Positions 10,336-20,816 of a stretch of DNA of 64,000 nucleotides are shown here, piece after piece (positions within the stretch are counted from its first letter, which is position 1; the number at the start of each line of letters is the position of its first letter). The position numbers and the translations under genes were made by a program. The DNA is taken from the NCBI GenBank assembly GCA_018830565.1, contig JAHJRX010000045.1, positions 10,626 through 74,625 on the forward strand, in the 5' to 3' direction. The notes under the pieces are model-generated. The model was not told the origin of the DNA and made no database searches. It saw only the letters and a list, made by a program, of their open reading frames with translations. This DNA is from a bacterium (GTDB lineage: Bacteria > UBA9089 > JAHJRX01).

Positions 10336-10759
10336 CTCTCCACTAAGTCCTTTCTAAAATACCAAAATAATAATTACCACTATATATACTAAATATACTA
10401 AAAAACTGTCTCTTCCAAGGAAATTTAATCACCTGTTTAAAAGTCTATCTTTTTAATCTCACAAGTTCAATAAGCAAAAACGGGAGTAAGGGGGAGTTTT
10501 GGCCGAATATCTTATAGGATAGCCTTATTAAACGTTATTAATACAAGATGAGGAATCATTAAATCATTAATTTTTCTTTACATTTTATCATTTTAATTTT
10601 ATACTACTTATTAATAGTAATTCTAATTATGAAAATTTCTTTTTATTCTATCTGAATTTACTAATAAGAGGTGGGTTTAGATAACTAAGTTAAAGACTGT
10701 AGACTTAGCTAACCGCTGAGTGCTTACTATAATCTAACTACTATAACTTAAGGATAAAG

Positions 10760-11614
10760 ATGGCTGAAGAGAATAAGATTATCAAGATTGTACTTATTGT
10801 TTTAACTACCTTAATGTTGGGAGAAGCTTTATATCTTTTAGCACTGCTAAAAGGAGAGTCTTTTCAGAAGAAAAATATTGCTATCATTGACATCAAGGGT
10901 CCCATTTTAGATTCAGAAGAAGTTTTAGAGCAAATAAATGAATATAAGGATAACCCTACCATTGCTTCTATTGTTTTGCGGATCGACAGCCCTGGTGGTT
11001 ATACCGGAGCAACCCAAGAAATATATCAAGAAATTAAGGAAGCTCGTGAGGAAGGTAAGATTTTTGTAACCTCCTTTGCCAATATTGGTGCTTCAGGTGC
11101 TTATTATATCGCTGCGGCCACTAACTATATTTTAGCTAACCCTGGAACTTTAACTGGTAGCATTGGAGTAATAATGGAAGTTCATAATTTTAGAGAGCTA
11201 CTAAATAAGCTTGGCTTAAAAGCAGAAATAATTAAGAGTGGTAAGTATAAAGATATAGGTTCTCCTTTGAGAGATATGACTTCCCATGAAAAAGAGTTAA
11301 TTCAACAGCTGACTGATGATGTTCATTGTCAATTTATAGAAGCAGTTTCAAAAGGAAGAAAGATCAAAAAAGAGAAACTTATTAATATTGCTGACGGTCG
11401 CATCCTTACAGGACTTCAAGCTTATAAAGCAGGACTTGTTGACCAATTAGGAAATTTAAATGAAGCTATTAAAGTAGCGGCAAGGTTAGCTAATATTGAA
11501 AAAAAACCCACTATCATCAGAAAAAAAGCCAAGTTTTCTCAAGCTTTTGAAGAGTTATTTAATAAGCTTTTCTTAGATAAGATTACCTCTTTTAAATATA
11601 GAGCAAGGTATTAG
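10760..11614 (+). CDS. sppA: signal peptide peptidase SppA (36K type)
   Basis: ClpP/crotonase-fold S49 motifs (RIDSPGG, FANIGASGAYYIA); N-terminal TM anchor. Confidence 0.7.
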   Translation: MAEENKIIKIVLIVLTTLMLGEALYLLALLKGESFQKKNIAIIDIKGPILDSEEVLEQINEYKDNPTIASIVLRIDSPGGYTGATQEIYQEIKEAREEGKIFVTSFANIGASGAYYIAAATNYILANPGTLTGSIGVIMEVHNFRELLNKLGLKAEIIKSGKYKDIGSPLRDMTSHEKELIQQLTDDVHCQFIEAVSKGRKIKKEKLINIADGRILTGLQAYKAGLVDQLGNLNEAIKVAARLANIEKKPTIIRKKAKFSQAFEELFNKLFLDKITSFKYRARY

Positions 11615-11618
11615 CGAG

Positions 11619-12050
11619 ATGGAAGATTACCAAGACATAGATAATTTGAGAAAGATAGAAAAAGCAAGATATCAAGTCAAACAAGAAATGTTCTTATCTC
11701 ATAAAAGTTCCTTGTTAGCTGTCTTATTTTCTATGCTTATTCCAGGTGGAGGCCAAATATATGCTCATGCCTTTATCAAAGGATTCTTGTGGCTTTCCTT
11801 CTTTTTAGTCCTTACTTCCTTAAACTTTGGTATTAAGAAGATAATCTTACCCATTGCTTCCCCTCTAAACATATTTATTTCATTAATTAATATCTTTTTA
11901 TGGCTTTTTATTCTTTATGATGCTCATAGGAGTGTAAAATTATATAATCTAGGTAAGGCTTCTTTTTTAACTCGTCAAATGATCATCTTCTTAATTATCT
12001 TTGAAATTATTATTCTCCTAATATTAAGCATGATTGGTAGATTAGTATAA
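11619..12050 (+). CDS. small integral membrane protein (TM2-like GGGQIY motif)
   Basis: Three or four predicted TM helices. Confidence 0.35.
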   Translation: MEDYQDIDNLRKIEKARYQVKQEMFLSHKSSLLAVLFSMLIPGGGQIYAHAFIKGFLWLSFFLVLTSLNFGIKKIILPIASPLNIFISLINIFLWLFILYDAHRSVKLYNLGKASFLTRQMIIFLIIFEIIILLILSMIGRLV

Positions 12051-12090
12051 AAAAGCTTAATAATAAATCCTTGCCCTAAGAGGTAAAAAG

Positions 12091-12330
12091 ATGCCACTTT
12101 ATGAATATGCTTGTCAAGATTGTAAAAATAAATTCGAGATGTTAGTTTTTGGAAAACCAAAGACCCAATTAAGGTGTCCTAAGTGCAACTCAAGTGAAGT
12201 AGAAAAATTATTTTCTTTATTTGGTATTAATAAAGGTTCTCTTGATTCTAATTCTACTTCAAGTTCTACTTCAAACTATTCCTCTTCATGTCATAGCTGT
12301 AGTACGCATCACTGTGGTAGTTGTAGTTAA
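12091..12330 (+). CDS. FmdB-family zinc-ribbon protein
   Basis: MPLYEYACQDCKNKFE...CPKC is the FmdB zinc-ribbon signature; Ser/Cys-rich tail. Confidence 0.65.
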   Translation: MPLYEYACQDCKNKFEMLVFGKPKTQLRCPKCNSSEVEKLFSLFGINKGSLDSNSTSSSTSNYSSSCHSCSTHHCGSCS

Positions 12331-12395
12331 GGCAGTTATTAACCAAAAAACTTAAATCAAATAAATAAATTTGATTTAAATAAAGGAAAAAGGAA

Positions 12396-12836
12396 ATGAC
12401 TATGAATTATTATGAAGTTATCCCTATTTTAATTAGCACAGTAGCTATAATTTGTGCCTCAATCTTAGTAGTCATAAGCTATCTAAGGACTAAAAAATTC
12501 AAGAAAACAAGAGAAGAAGATGGGAAGACCATTCTTTCTTTAATAAAAGAAAAAGATGGTATTAAAGATAGTATTATAGATAAATTAGATTCACTTAAAA
12601 AAGAAGAAGTGACCCAACAAACTTTGCTTTTAGAGATGGTTGAAAAGTATTATAAAAAGAGCGATGAAGAAAAAAAAGAAGACTTAATGAACTGGCTTAA
12701 TTATAAAGCCTCTACCTGGCAAAAACAAATTGAGAGTCAAGTTTTAAGTAGAATGGATAAACTTCAATCTGAGATTACAGAATTAAGTAAAAGGTTGTTT
12801 AAAATAGAAATAAGACTAGAAAAAGAAAAAAAATGA
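12396..12836 (+). CDS. membrane-anchored coiled-coil protein
   Basis: Single N-terminal TM helix followed by a charged coiled-coil; ATGA overlap with the next gene. Confidence 0.35.
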   Translation: MTMNYYEVIPILISTVAIICASILVVISYLRTKKFKKTREEDGKTILSLIKEKDGIKDSIIDKLDSLKKEEVTQQTLLLEMVEKYYKKSDEEKKEDLMNWLNYKASTWQKQIESQVLSRMDKLQSEITELSKRLFKIEIRLEKEKK

Positions 12837-14782
12837 GAAAGCAGATTTTTTTTTTAATCTTGCTCTTGATGTTAATCTTCCTCTTTCAAGTTCCCTCCCT
12901 TTTAGCTACAGGTGCAATAGGTTATCTCCAAAAAGCTAATGAGTATTTAAAAGAGAAAAAATACTCCTTAGCTATTAATAAATATAAGACTGCTCTAAAG
13001 ATAAATCCTTATTACAAAGAAGCTTACTATCAATTAGCTTTAGCTTATTTTGGAAAGAATAATTTAACAAAAGCAGAGGAAAATTTTAAAGAAGCTATTA
13101 AATTAGATCAATACTACTTTGACGCTCATAATGATTTAGGTCTTTTGTATGAAGAGCAAGGAAAATTAGAAGAAGCTTTAAAGAAATATGACCAAGCTAA
13201 AGAGATCGCTCCAGGTAATCCTAAGGTGTACTACAACTTAGGAAGTTTATATCATAAAAAAAATGATCTAAAGAAAGCAATCGTAAATTACATAAAAGTA
13301 TTAAAGATAGATCCACAACATGCCTTGTCTTACTTAAATTTAGGATCTCTCTTCTTAATTGAAGGAAAATACTACGATCCTGATAAAGCTATGGCTTACT
13401 ACCAAAAGGCCCTTCTTTGCGACCCCGCTAATTCCTTAATAAACATTAATATTGCTTCTATTTATTACAAGCAAGGTTTAATTGATAAGGCTATTAAAGA
13501 GTATCAAAAAGCTATAGAAAAATCCCCTCAAGATGTTTATTCTCTCGCTGCTTTAGCTGCTATTTACATGGAAAAGCAAAATTATAATTTAGCTTTATTT
13601 CTTTATAAAAAGATTGCAGAAATAGAACCAGAAAATTTTATTTCTTGGTATAATTTAGGTTTTATTTATGAAGTAGAAAAAAAGTATCCTCAAGCTTTGG
13701 ATTACTATAAAATAGCTTTACAAGTTAATCCTTATGATGAATTAGCCCTTTATCACTTAGAAAATATCATTTTAAAGAACGAAGATATTTCCTCTCCTTT
13801 GCGAAGTGAGTATGCCCAAAGACATCTTAATTTAGGACAATATTACTTAAAAAAACAACAAGTAGCCTTAGCTAAGTATGAGTTTAAGAGATCTATAAAA
13901 CTTTATCCTCAAAATCCTGTCAATAGATTTGCTTACTGTAAGCTTTTGAAATACAAAGGTTGTTTCCCAGAAGCCATAGAAGAGATAAAGAAAGTTATTG
14001 AATTAGATCCTAATAATATTAAAGCTAAAGATAACTTAGAAAAACTTTTTTATTTAAGATCTCGACTTCTTTCAGAAAAAGAAAAGATAGATTTACTTCT
14101 TACTCCTTCATCAGGAACCACTATTTTAATCATTAGTTTTAAACCTAAAAAGATTTTCCATCAGGATATTGACCATTATTTAACTTATTTAGCTACTACC
14201 CTTTTGAAGGAATTTCCTCAAATAGAGATTCTCGATAGAGATAAATTAAATGAGTTCTTAAAAAACCAGAAATTTAAAGAAGTTAAGGATATTGAAGATA
14301 TTTCAAAAGTAGGGCAAGCCTTAAAAGCTCAAGTAGTCTTATGGGGTGAAGCAACTGAAGAAATAGATGAAATAAAGGTAAGCATTAACTTGGTAGATGT
14401 TGAAAATTTAACCAGTATCTCAAGAATAGACCTAACTAACAAGGGAAATAATAGACTTTTGGAAATGGCTAATCAAATTCAAGGATATATTTTAAAGAAT
14501 ACGCCTCTTTCGGGTAATATCATTAAGGTTAAGTTAGCTAAAAATCAAGTAATCATTAATTTAGGTAATCGCCATAAAGTAAAAGAAAATGATGTCTTTG
14601 AAGTATGGGAAGAAGGAGGAAAATATTTAGATCCTAGCACTGGAAGAACTAAAAGATTTAAAGAAAGAATTATTGGTAAAATAAAAGTAGCCAAAGCAGA
14701 AAATAATATTTCCTTAGCTACTTCTATTACCTTTGAACTCATTGACAAGCTGAAGACTAATAAAGTTACTTTAATTAGATAA
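12833..14782 (+). CDS. TPR-repeat protein (at least 9 TPRs) with a C-terminal non-TPR domain
   Basis: Repeated AxxYxxLGxxYxxxGxxxEAxxxYxKAL patterns. Confidence 0.55.
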   Translation: MRKQIFFLILLLMLIFLFQVPSLLATGAIGYLQKANEYLKEKKYSLAINKYKTALKINPYYKEAYYQLALAYFGKNNLTKAEENFKEAIKLDQYYFDAHNDLGLLYEEQGKLEEALKKYDQAKEIAPGNPKVYYNLGSLYHKKNDLKKAIVNYIKVLKIDPQHALSYLNLGSLFLIEGKYYDPDKAMAYYQKALLCDPANSLININIASIYYKQGLIDKAIKEYQKAIEKSPQDVYSLAALAAIYMEKQNYNLALFLYKKIAEIEPENFISWYNLGFIYEVEKKYPQALDYYKIALQVNPYDELALYHLENIILKNEDISSPLRSEYAQRHLNLGQYYLKKQQVALAKYEFKRSIKLYPQNPVNRFAYCKLLKYKGCFPEAIEEIKKVIELDPNNIKAKDNLEKLFYLRSRLLSEKEKIDLLLTPSSGTTILIISFKPKKIFHQDIDHYLTYLATTLLKEFPQIEILDRDKLNEFLKNQKFKEVKDIEDISKVGQALKAQVVLWGEATEEIDEIKVSINLVDVENLTSISRIDLTNKGNNRLLEMANQIQGYILKNTPLSGNIIKVKLAKNQVIINLGNRHKVKENDVFEVWEEGGKYLDPSTGRTKRFKERIIGKIKVAKAENNISLATSITFELIDKLKTNKVTLIR

Positions 14783-14937
14783 GTAAATAAGCTATTTTTT
14801 TAAAACCTCAACTAATCTTCCTTCCTTTTACTCTTCTTGTTGATCTTACCTTTAATAAATCCACCTATTCAAGTATTTTAAAACTTATGTCGATATAAAT
14901 GTTGGAGATAATAAAAAATAGCAAAAGGAGTCATAGT

Positions 14938-15048
14938 ATGGATAATAAAAATGATATTTTATGGGCTTATGTTTTTGAACTCTATAATGTAACTTCTTAT
15001 GAAGAATTAAAAAAAGAACTTAAAAAAAGATATGCCATAATTCTATAA
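14938..15048 (+). CDS. candidate small protein (36 aa)
   Basis: ATG with AAGGAG 7 nt upstream, in a convergent intergenic gap; absent from the ORF track (presumably because of its length). Confidence 0.25.
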   Translation: MDNKNDILWAYVFELYNVTSYEELKKELKKRYAIIL

Positions 15049-15147
15049 AATTGTCATTATATTATATACTCTCATATCAACGGAGTACCATCTTTCCTTC
15101 CTGGAATAAGGTACTCCTTTCTATTTATTGTTAGTTATTATTAGTTG

Positions 15148-18100
15148 CTATTTAATTAGAGCTATCTTATCTATCTTTCTTCCTTTCTCTGTTTTAACTA
15201 CATAAATATATATCCCGCTAGCTACTAAATATCCATGTTCATTCTTGCCATCCCAAATAGCTCTGGTAAAAGATAATTCCTCTGGACTATCTAGTGTTCT
15301 AATTAACTCCCCACTGATGGTATATAATTTTATGGTCATTGCTTCTTGGGGTAAGTTGATAAAAGTAACTTGCTTATCTTTCAAAGGATGAAAAGGATTA
15401 GGGAAGACACTAATTAGTGAAAGGTCGTTTGTTTTAACATTTTCTAAAATAATATAATAAGTATGAACTTGATTAGGATAAGCTTTGATCTCTCTTCTCC
15501 TTGGATCTAAATCTTGCTTTCCTCTGATAAGATGAAAGGTCTGGTCTCTTTCTTCTAAATAAAATATCTTTAGATCTGATAATTTAGTCTCAGGAATACA
15601 ATTTTTTATTTCCTTTTGATAAGGTAATGTTAAGTTAAGAGACATAGAATCAGGATCATACTTGACCTCATTTAAGTTAAATAAGCAAGCGGTGTCATGG
15701 AGCATACTTTTATAACTAAGATCTTGAAAATTTTTTATTTTTTCAATAACTTCATCTAAGATTTTATCTTCACTCTCAACCTTTATTCCCTCTATTCTTT
15801 TTATTTCTTGAGAAGTCTTTTTATTCACCATTACCATCAAAGGAATATTCTTGGTAGTAAAGGTCCATTCATAACCTTTAGCTAAAGTTACACCTTCTTG
15901 ACTCTTAATATTTTTTTTAATTACTACTCGATACTTATTAGCATAGGCTAAATTAACTATTGGTTTGATCAACGCTTCTTTACTCTTCTCCAAATAGGCT
16001 ACAGTTACTTCTAAGGGCGTTTCTTTGTTTTCTATTTCTCCATATAAAATAAAGTTTTGCTTATTAACACCCTCTTGATCTAAATTAAAGTTAAACTTTA
16101 CACCTATGTCGCAATTTAGCGAAACATCTTCTTCTTCTTGATCGGGGTAAAACATAAGAGGCATTATCCCCTCTTTAGTCTCAAAGACCCAACTTCTGCT
16201 TAGGTAAATATCTCCATCTTTTATAACTACCGAAGCTCGATAATTAGTAGCACCGGTAAGTTTTTCCTCGGGAATAAATATTACCTTCTTTTCTTGGTTG
16301 TTAGACAAAGTTCTCCCTTTAAGGTATTGATGATCTCTTTGTAAAGTAAAGATAACTTTGCTTTGAGAGCTAATCTCTTCATTTAAAAAAACTTCTAAGT
16401 GGTCTTCAAGGTCTATTTTTTCTCTTTCTTGGGGTGTTATTTGGGAAATTTTAAGAAGTTTAGTGGTAAACTTCCAGACTTCATCTTTTTCTATGCCTAT
16501 CTCTTTGCTTAAAAAGACTTCATAATTTTTTCCGAGCTTTAAAGTACCGGGAGAAGGAGTAAAAGTAATTCTTTGAAGCTCTTTTTCAATAATCCCAGAT
16601 AGAAGGCTCTGGTTATCTATGGATCTTACAAAAAATCTCTCTTGATTAACATCTTGGGTAATATTTTTATCAAACTCTATCACTACCTTACTACCTAAAG
16701 AAAGATTATCTTCATCTGGCTTAGGAGAGCGATAACTAATTTTAGGACAATTATTATTACTTTCTTTGGTAGTAAAGGTCCAAGTATATTCCCACCCGAT
16801 TGATTTTCCATAAATATTCTTTATATCTTTATTTAATGTTACTTTAAAAGTGGTTTTATAAGTTAATAATTTCGAAGGAATAAAACTTAATTTCTTTTTA
16901 CTGGAATCATATTCTACTTTTCCTTCTATATCCCCCCCAGGAAGAGGCCAGGCAGGCCAGGCATAAAGAATAATACTTTGGTTATTAATAGTCGAGCTAT
17001 CTAGATCAGTATTAAAAATTACATAAATTTCAGTAGTAGGGTCGATCTTATCTCCCTCGGGATATCTTTTTTCTACTATTAAGTCTTTCGTAACCAAAGG
17101 CGTAGATGAAGTAGTAAAACTAAAAGATGTCCAATTAACATCTTTATCTATAAGAGTCAAATAATAAAGAGTATTTGTCTCTAAGTTATTGGGAGAGATT
17201 ATCTTGACCTTATTTTGAGAGGTATCAAAAGAGCATTTCCAGCCACGGTCTTCTAAAACTGGATAATTAGTTTGTTTATTTTTCCACCCCTTAAGAGAAA
17301 AGGAAGCAATGATATTTTTAGCTTCTGTTTTTTCTATCCTCAAGACAGGGTCCTCCGCTGCCCCCCAAAGAACTTCTTCTTTAAGATAAAGTTCCAGAGG
17401 AGCAGTAGGGGAAATTCCATCTTTTCCTGATAATTCACAAACTATCTTAGGATAACTCATAGTTTGGAAGCGATGTTCTTTGTTTAATGAGTTTCCTTGA
17501 AGGTCTTTAACTTTTGAAGATAAGATTACTTGATAATCTCTCTTATAAAATAAGCTCTTTTCTGGAAAAAGATTGACCAATCTCTTTTCTTGGTAATAAT
17601 TAAAGACCGTCGGTAGTTCTTCTTGATCTAATAATAACTTAATATTCTCAGAACTTAAGCTTAGCTCATCTATGGCGACATTATTAAATTTTACTTGGAT
17701 AAAATCAAGAGGGTGGGTTTTATTTAACGAGGAAGGAAAGATCTCGACTTGGTTAGACAAAGGTTCTTCCTCGCTTAGTAATTTAAAACTATAACTATAT
17801 TCTTCTAATTTATTTCCCGCTAAACTTTCTAGATCTTTAATTTCTACCTGATAATTAGTTTCATAAGAAAGAGATGTTGAAGCAGTAAAGGTAATGGCCT
17901 TTTGTTTAAGCTCAAAACTTCCAGAAACTTCTGAAGAGTTGTCCTTGTTTATCAGCTTAAAAGAACTAATCTTTCTTATTCCTACATTAAACACTACCCC
18001 TGTCTTCCCTTTGGCATCATTTATAGGAAAAACTCTTACGACTTTAATAGGCGTAACTTCACCTTTAATTTCAAAAAGAGTAACACTATTTGGGTTAAGG

Positions 18101-19533
18101 TAAAAGCTGATATTATAACTATTATGGTTAAACTCTACATCTTCATCTTGGTAAATAAGAGGTCCTTTAAAGATCTTAAGCTCTTGTTCTTGATTTAATA
18201 AACCTGGAGATGAAGTGTCAGTTTCGTAGTATCTTCCATTGCTATTTTCCTTGTCTATCAAATAACGAGTTACAGTAACCTTGTCAAAATTTAGATTTTC
18301 TAAACTTAAATTTATTAACTCTTTCTCTTTGCCTCGATGCCAAATAATAATCTTTATATTTTCTCCATTTTTACTTTTAGTGGCTATTCCTCCAGTTATA
18401 TCTTGTTCCAAAGATCCTGCTAAATTTATCTTATCTGATTCTAACATCTTATATAATTTAAAAACATTAAAGACTGGCTTGGTATATTCTGGATTAGGAT
18501 AAAACATTCCCAAGCTCCAGACAGAAGCGCTATAATTTTCTCTTATTTGAGAAAAACAAGCCAAGGAAACACCATTTTCTATCATGGTTGAGATTGCTGC
18601 GGCAGCATAAGAAGCTCCGAGGGGAGACCTATTAACCATTCTCCCAGATGAAGTTCCTGAGACGGAAGCATTCCATTCGCTAATTATTAATTCCTTTTCA
18701 CTTCCCACTATCTCTTTGATCTTTATTATTTCCTCCCTAAGTTTTTTTAAATTGAATTTTTCTCCAGAAAGATTGCCATAATGATGCCAAGAAACAAAAT
18801 CTACTCTTAAATTTTCTTCTAAGAGTTTCTTGATAATATGAGTAGTGCAACCAGCTAAACCAAAACCTCCAATCTTGACCTTAAAACTACCTTCCTTTTC
18901 TGTTTCTTCTATCCCTTGCAAAGAGTATCGATATAATTTTAGTAAATTATCTAAGCTTTCTCCTGGCTGGGCTTTTCCTTTCCAGAAGTTATAAGATTTA
19001 TTTTCTGGTTCATTCCATACTTCCCAATACTTAATCTGATAACCTTTTTCTTTATTATATCTCTGGACGGTCATCTTGACTAATTTCTGCCAGTCTTCAT
19101 AAGACTTAGGAGGAGAGCTAATTCCTGCCCCTTGGTCACTTTGAAGAACTAAAGGCATATAACTTAAGCACATTAAAGGCTGAGCCCCTATATCGATAAT
19201 ACTTTTTACATATTGATCCAATCTTTCCCAGTTACATTTTACTTCATAATTTTGATAATAGACATCTACATATTTGTCATAAAGATGATCAATTCTAATA
19301 AATTTAGTGCCTAATTCATCTTTTAATCTATTTAAGACCGGTTCTAAAAATTCTGGGTCTGGGGATTCAAAGCCTTGATTTAATCCTTGATTCAAATGAT
19401 AAAATTCTTGGCTTGTTCCTTGGGCATCCACAGACAAAGAAGTGTAACTATAAAGGGGGCTGCTTAAAGAGATCAGCCCTATTAACCAAATAAAGATATT
19501 TACTAGCTGATACTTCTTAGCTTGGTTCTTCAT
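15148..19533 (-). CDS. giant secreted multidomain protein: N-terminal clan GH-A glycoside hydrolase (GH39/GH5-like), multiple Ig-like (SbsA/Big-type) domains, C-terminal T9SS-type sorting (Por_Secre_tail/FlgD-Ig-like) domain
   Basis: Signal peptide; YWEVWNEPE catalytic-acid motif; repeated beta-sandwich modules; C-terminus FPNPF...IKLYTISGELI...WDGKNEHG...SGIYIYVV matches the T9SS CTD consensus. Confidence 0.6.
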   Translation of the reverse strand: MKNQAKKYQLVNIFIWLIGLISLSSPLYSYTSLSVDAQGTSQEFYHLNQGLNQGFESPDPEFLEPVLNRLKDELGTKFIRIDHLYDKYVDVYYQNYEVKCNWERLDQYVKSIIDIGAQPLMCLSYMPLVLQSDQGAGISSPPKSYEDWQKLVKMTVQRYNKEKGYQIKYWEVWNEPENKSYNFWKGKAQPGESLDNLLKLYRYSLQGIEETEKEGSFKVKIGGFGLAGCTTHIIKKLLEENLRVDFVSWHHYGNLSGEKFNLKKLREEIIKIKEIVGSEKELIISEWNASVSGTSSGRMVNRSPLGASYAAAAISTMIENGVSLACFSQIRENYSASVWSLGMFYPNPEYTKPVFNVFKLYKMLESDKINLAGSLEQDITGGIATKSKNGENIKIIIWHRGKEKELINLSLENLNFDKVTVTRYLIDKENSNGRYYETDTSSPGLLNQEQELKIFKGPLIYQDEDVEFNHNSYNISFYLNPNSVTLFEIKGEVTPIKVVRVFPINDAKGKTGVVFNVGIRKISSFKLINKDNSSEVSGSFELKQKAITFTASTSLSYETNYQVEIKDLESLAGNKLEEYSYSFKLLSEEEPLSNQVEIFPSSLNKTHPLDFIQVKFNNVAIDELSLSSENIKLLLDQEELPTVFNYYQEKRLVNLFPEKSLFYKRDYQVILSSKVKDLQGNSLNKEHRFQTMSYPKIVCELSGKDGISPTAPLELYLKEEVLWGAAEDPVLRIEKTEAKNIIASFSLKGWKNKQTNYPVLEDRGWKCSFDTSQNKVKIISPNNLETNTLYYLTLIDKDVNWTSFSFTTSSTPLVTKDLIVEKRYPEGDKIDPTTEIYVIFNTDLDSSTINNQSIILYAWPAWPLPGGDIEGKVEYDSSKKKLSFIPSKLLTYKTTFKVTLNKDIKNIYGKSIGWEYTWTFTTKESNNNCPKISYRSPKPDEDNLSLGSKVVIEFDKNITQDVNQERFFVRSIDNQSLLSGIIEKELQRITFTPSPGTLKLGKNYEVFLSKEIGIEKDEVWKFTTKLLKISQITPQEREKIDLEDHLEVFLNEEISSQSKVIFTLQRDHQYLKGRTLSNNQEKKVIFIPEEKLTGATNYRASVVIKDGDIYLSRSWVFETKEGIMPLMFYPDQEEEDVSLNCDIGVKFNFNLDQEGVNKQNFILYGEIENKETPLEVTVAYLEKSKEALIKPIVNLAYANKYRVVIKKNIKSQEGVTLAKGYEWTFTTKNIPLMVMVNKKTSQEIKRIEGIKVESEDKILDEVIEKIKNFQDLSYKSMLHDTACLFNLNEVKYDPDSMSLNLTLPYQKEIKNCIPETKLSDLKIFYLEERDQTFHLIRGKQDLDPRRREIKAYPNQVHTYYIILENVKTNDLSLISVFPNPFHPLKDKQVTFINLPQEAMTIKLYTISGELIRTLDSPEELSFTRAIWDGKNEHGYLVASGIYIYVVKTEKGRKIDKIALIK

Positions 19534-20474
19534 TTATCTCTTGATTCTTTCTTTAAATAATCTAAAAGGTTAGCCATATCATCGGGCATTTCAGCGTAAA
19601 ATTCTATCTCTTTCTTGGTTCTTGGATGGAGTAGTTTTAGATATTTAGCATGAAGAGCTTGTCTATTAATAAAAGGCAATGGACAAGAGAACCTGTCTTT
19701 TGGTCCATAAACTTTGTCTTTGACCAGGGGATGCTTAATATAGCTTAAGTGAACTCTAATTTGATGAGTTCGACCGGTCTTTAATTCTACTTCTAAAAAA
19801 GAAAATTGAAATTTAGGGAGGAAAAAACGGTCTAATACTTTAAAAGTAGTTTCAGCCTCTTTATAGTTTCTACCCATGACAGACATCTTTAAGCCTTCTT
19901 GAGGATGCCTTCCAATAGGCAGATCTATTCTTCCTAATTCTTCTTTCACCTTTCCATAAACAATAGCCTGATACTTTTTTTGTAGCCTTCTTTCTTGAAT
20001 TTGGTGAAAAAGGGAGAGATAACTTGAGTCATTTTTAGCTACCACTAATAGTCCAGAGGTATCCTTATCGAGCCGATGAACGATGCCAGGTCGCAGTGGC
20101 GCTCCGAGGTTAGATAATTTTTGGCTATGAAAAAGGAGAGCATTAACTAAGGTCTTGTTTAAGATATTAGGGGTAGGGTGCGTAATCATTCCAGCTTCTT
20201 TATTAACAACGATAATATCTTGATCTTCAAAGACTATATTTAAAGGAAGATCTTCCGCTTCTATACTTAAGCTCTTTCTTTCTGGAATCTCAATAAAAAT
20301 ATGATCTTTTTCTTTGACTTGATAACTTGATTTTACGGGGAGATCATTTACTTTTACATAACCATCTTTAATCATTCCTTGCAGAGAAGAACGAGAGATG
20401 GAAGAAGGAAGATAAGGAAGGAAAAAAATATCTAGTCTTTGATTAGCTTCTTCTGGAAGGACAATTAAATTCAT
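19530..20474 (-). CDS. rluD: RluA-family 23S rRNA pseudouridine synthase (RluD-like)
   Basis: S4 domain plus catalytic HRLDKDTSGLLV motif. Confidence 0.75.
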   Translation of the reverse strand: MNLIVLPEEANQRLDIFFLPYLPSSISRSSLQGMIKDGYVKVNDLPVKSSYQVKEKDHIFIEIPERKSLSIEAEDLPLNIVFEDQDIIVVNKEAGMITHPTPNILNKTLVNALLFHSQKLSNLGAPLRPGIVHRLDKDTSGLLVVAKNDSSYLSLFHQIQERRLQKKYQAIVYGKVKEELGRIDLPIGRHPQEGLKMSVMGRNYKEAETTFKVLDRFFLPKFQFSFLEVELKTGRTHQIRVHLSYIKHPLVKDKVYGPKDRFSCPLPFINRQALHAKYLKLLHPRTKKEIEFYAEMPDDMANLLDYLKKESRDK

Positions 20475-20812
20475 TTAACATTACATGGCCTTACTTTTTC
20501 ATCTCTTGAAGAGTCTTTCTTAAGATCTATAAAAGCAATTAAGCTAGAGAAAGTTACTGCCCCAACTAAGACTAAAGGGCGGTCTTTTTCTTTCACGGAA
20601 AAGACCTTTCCTTGGCTAGCGATACTCTCTATCCCACTAATTAATAAATAACTAAAGATCAGGGTAAAAGGCAAAGAAGCATTAAATAATATTTCAAATC
20701 GCCGAATCTTAGATTCTTTCACTTCTTCTTTTTCTTGAGCCCATACTTGGTTAGAAAAGATTAAGATTAAGATAAGAGTAACTATCGTTAAGTTCTTTTT
20801 TAACTTGACCAT
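20471..20812 (-). CDS. hypothetical small membrane protein
   Basis: Signal/TM segments; overlaps the neighbouring gene ends. Confidence 0.3.
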   Translation of the reverse strand: MVKLKKNLTIVTLILILIFSNQVWAQEKEEVKESKIRRFEILFNASLPFTLIFSYLLISGIESIASQGKVFSVKEKDRPLVLVGAVTFSSLIAFIDLKKDSSRDEKVRPCNVK

Positions 20813-20816
20813 TTTT

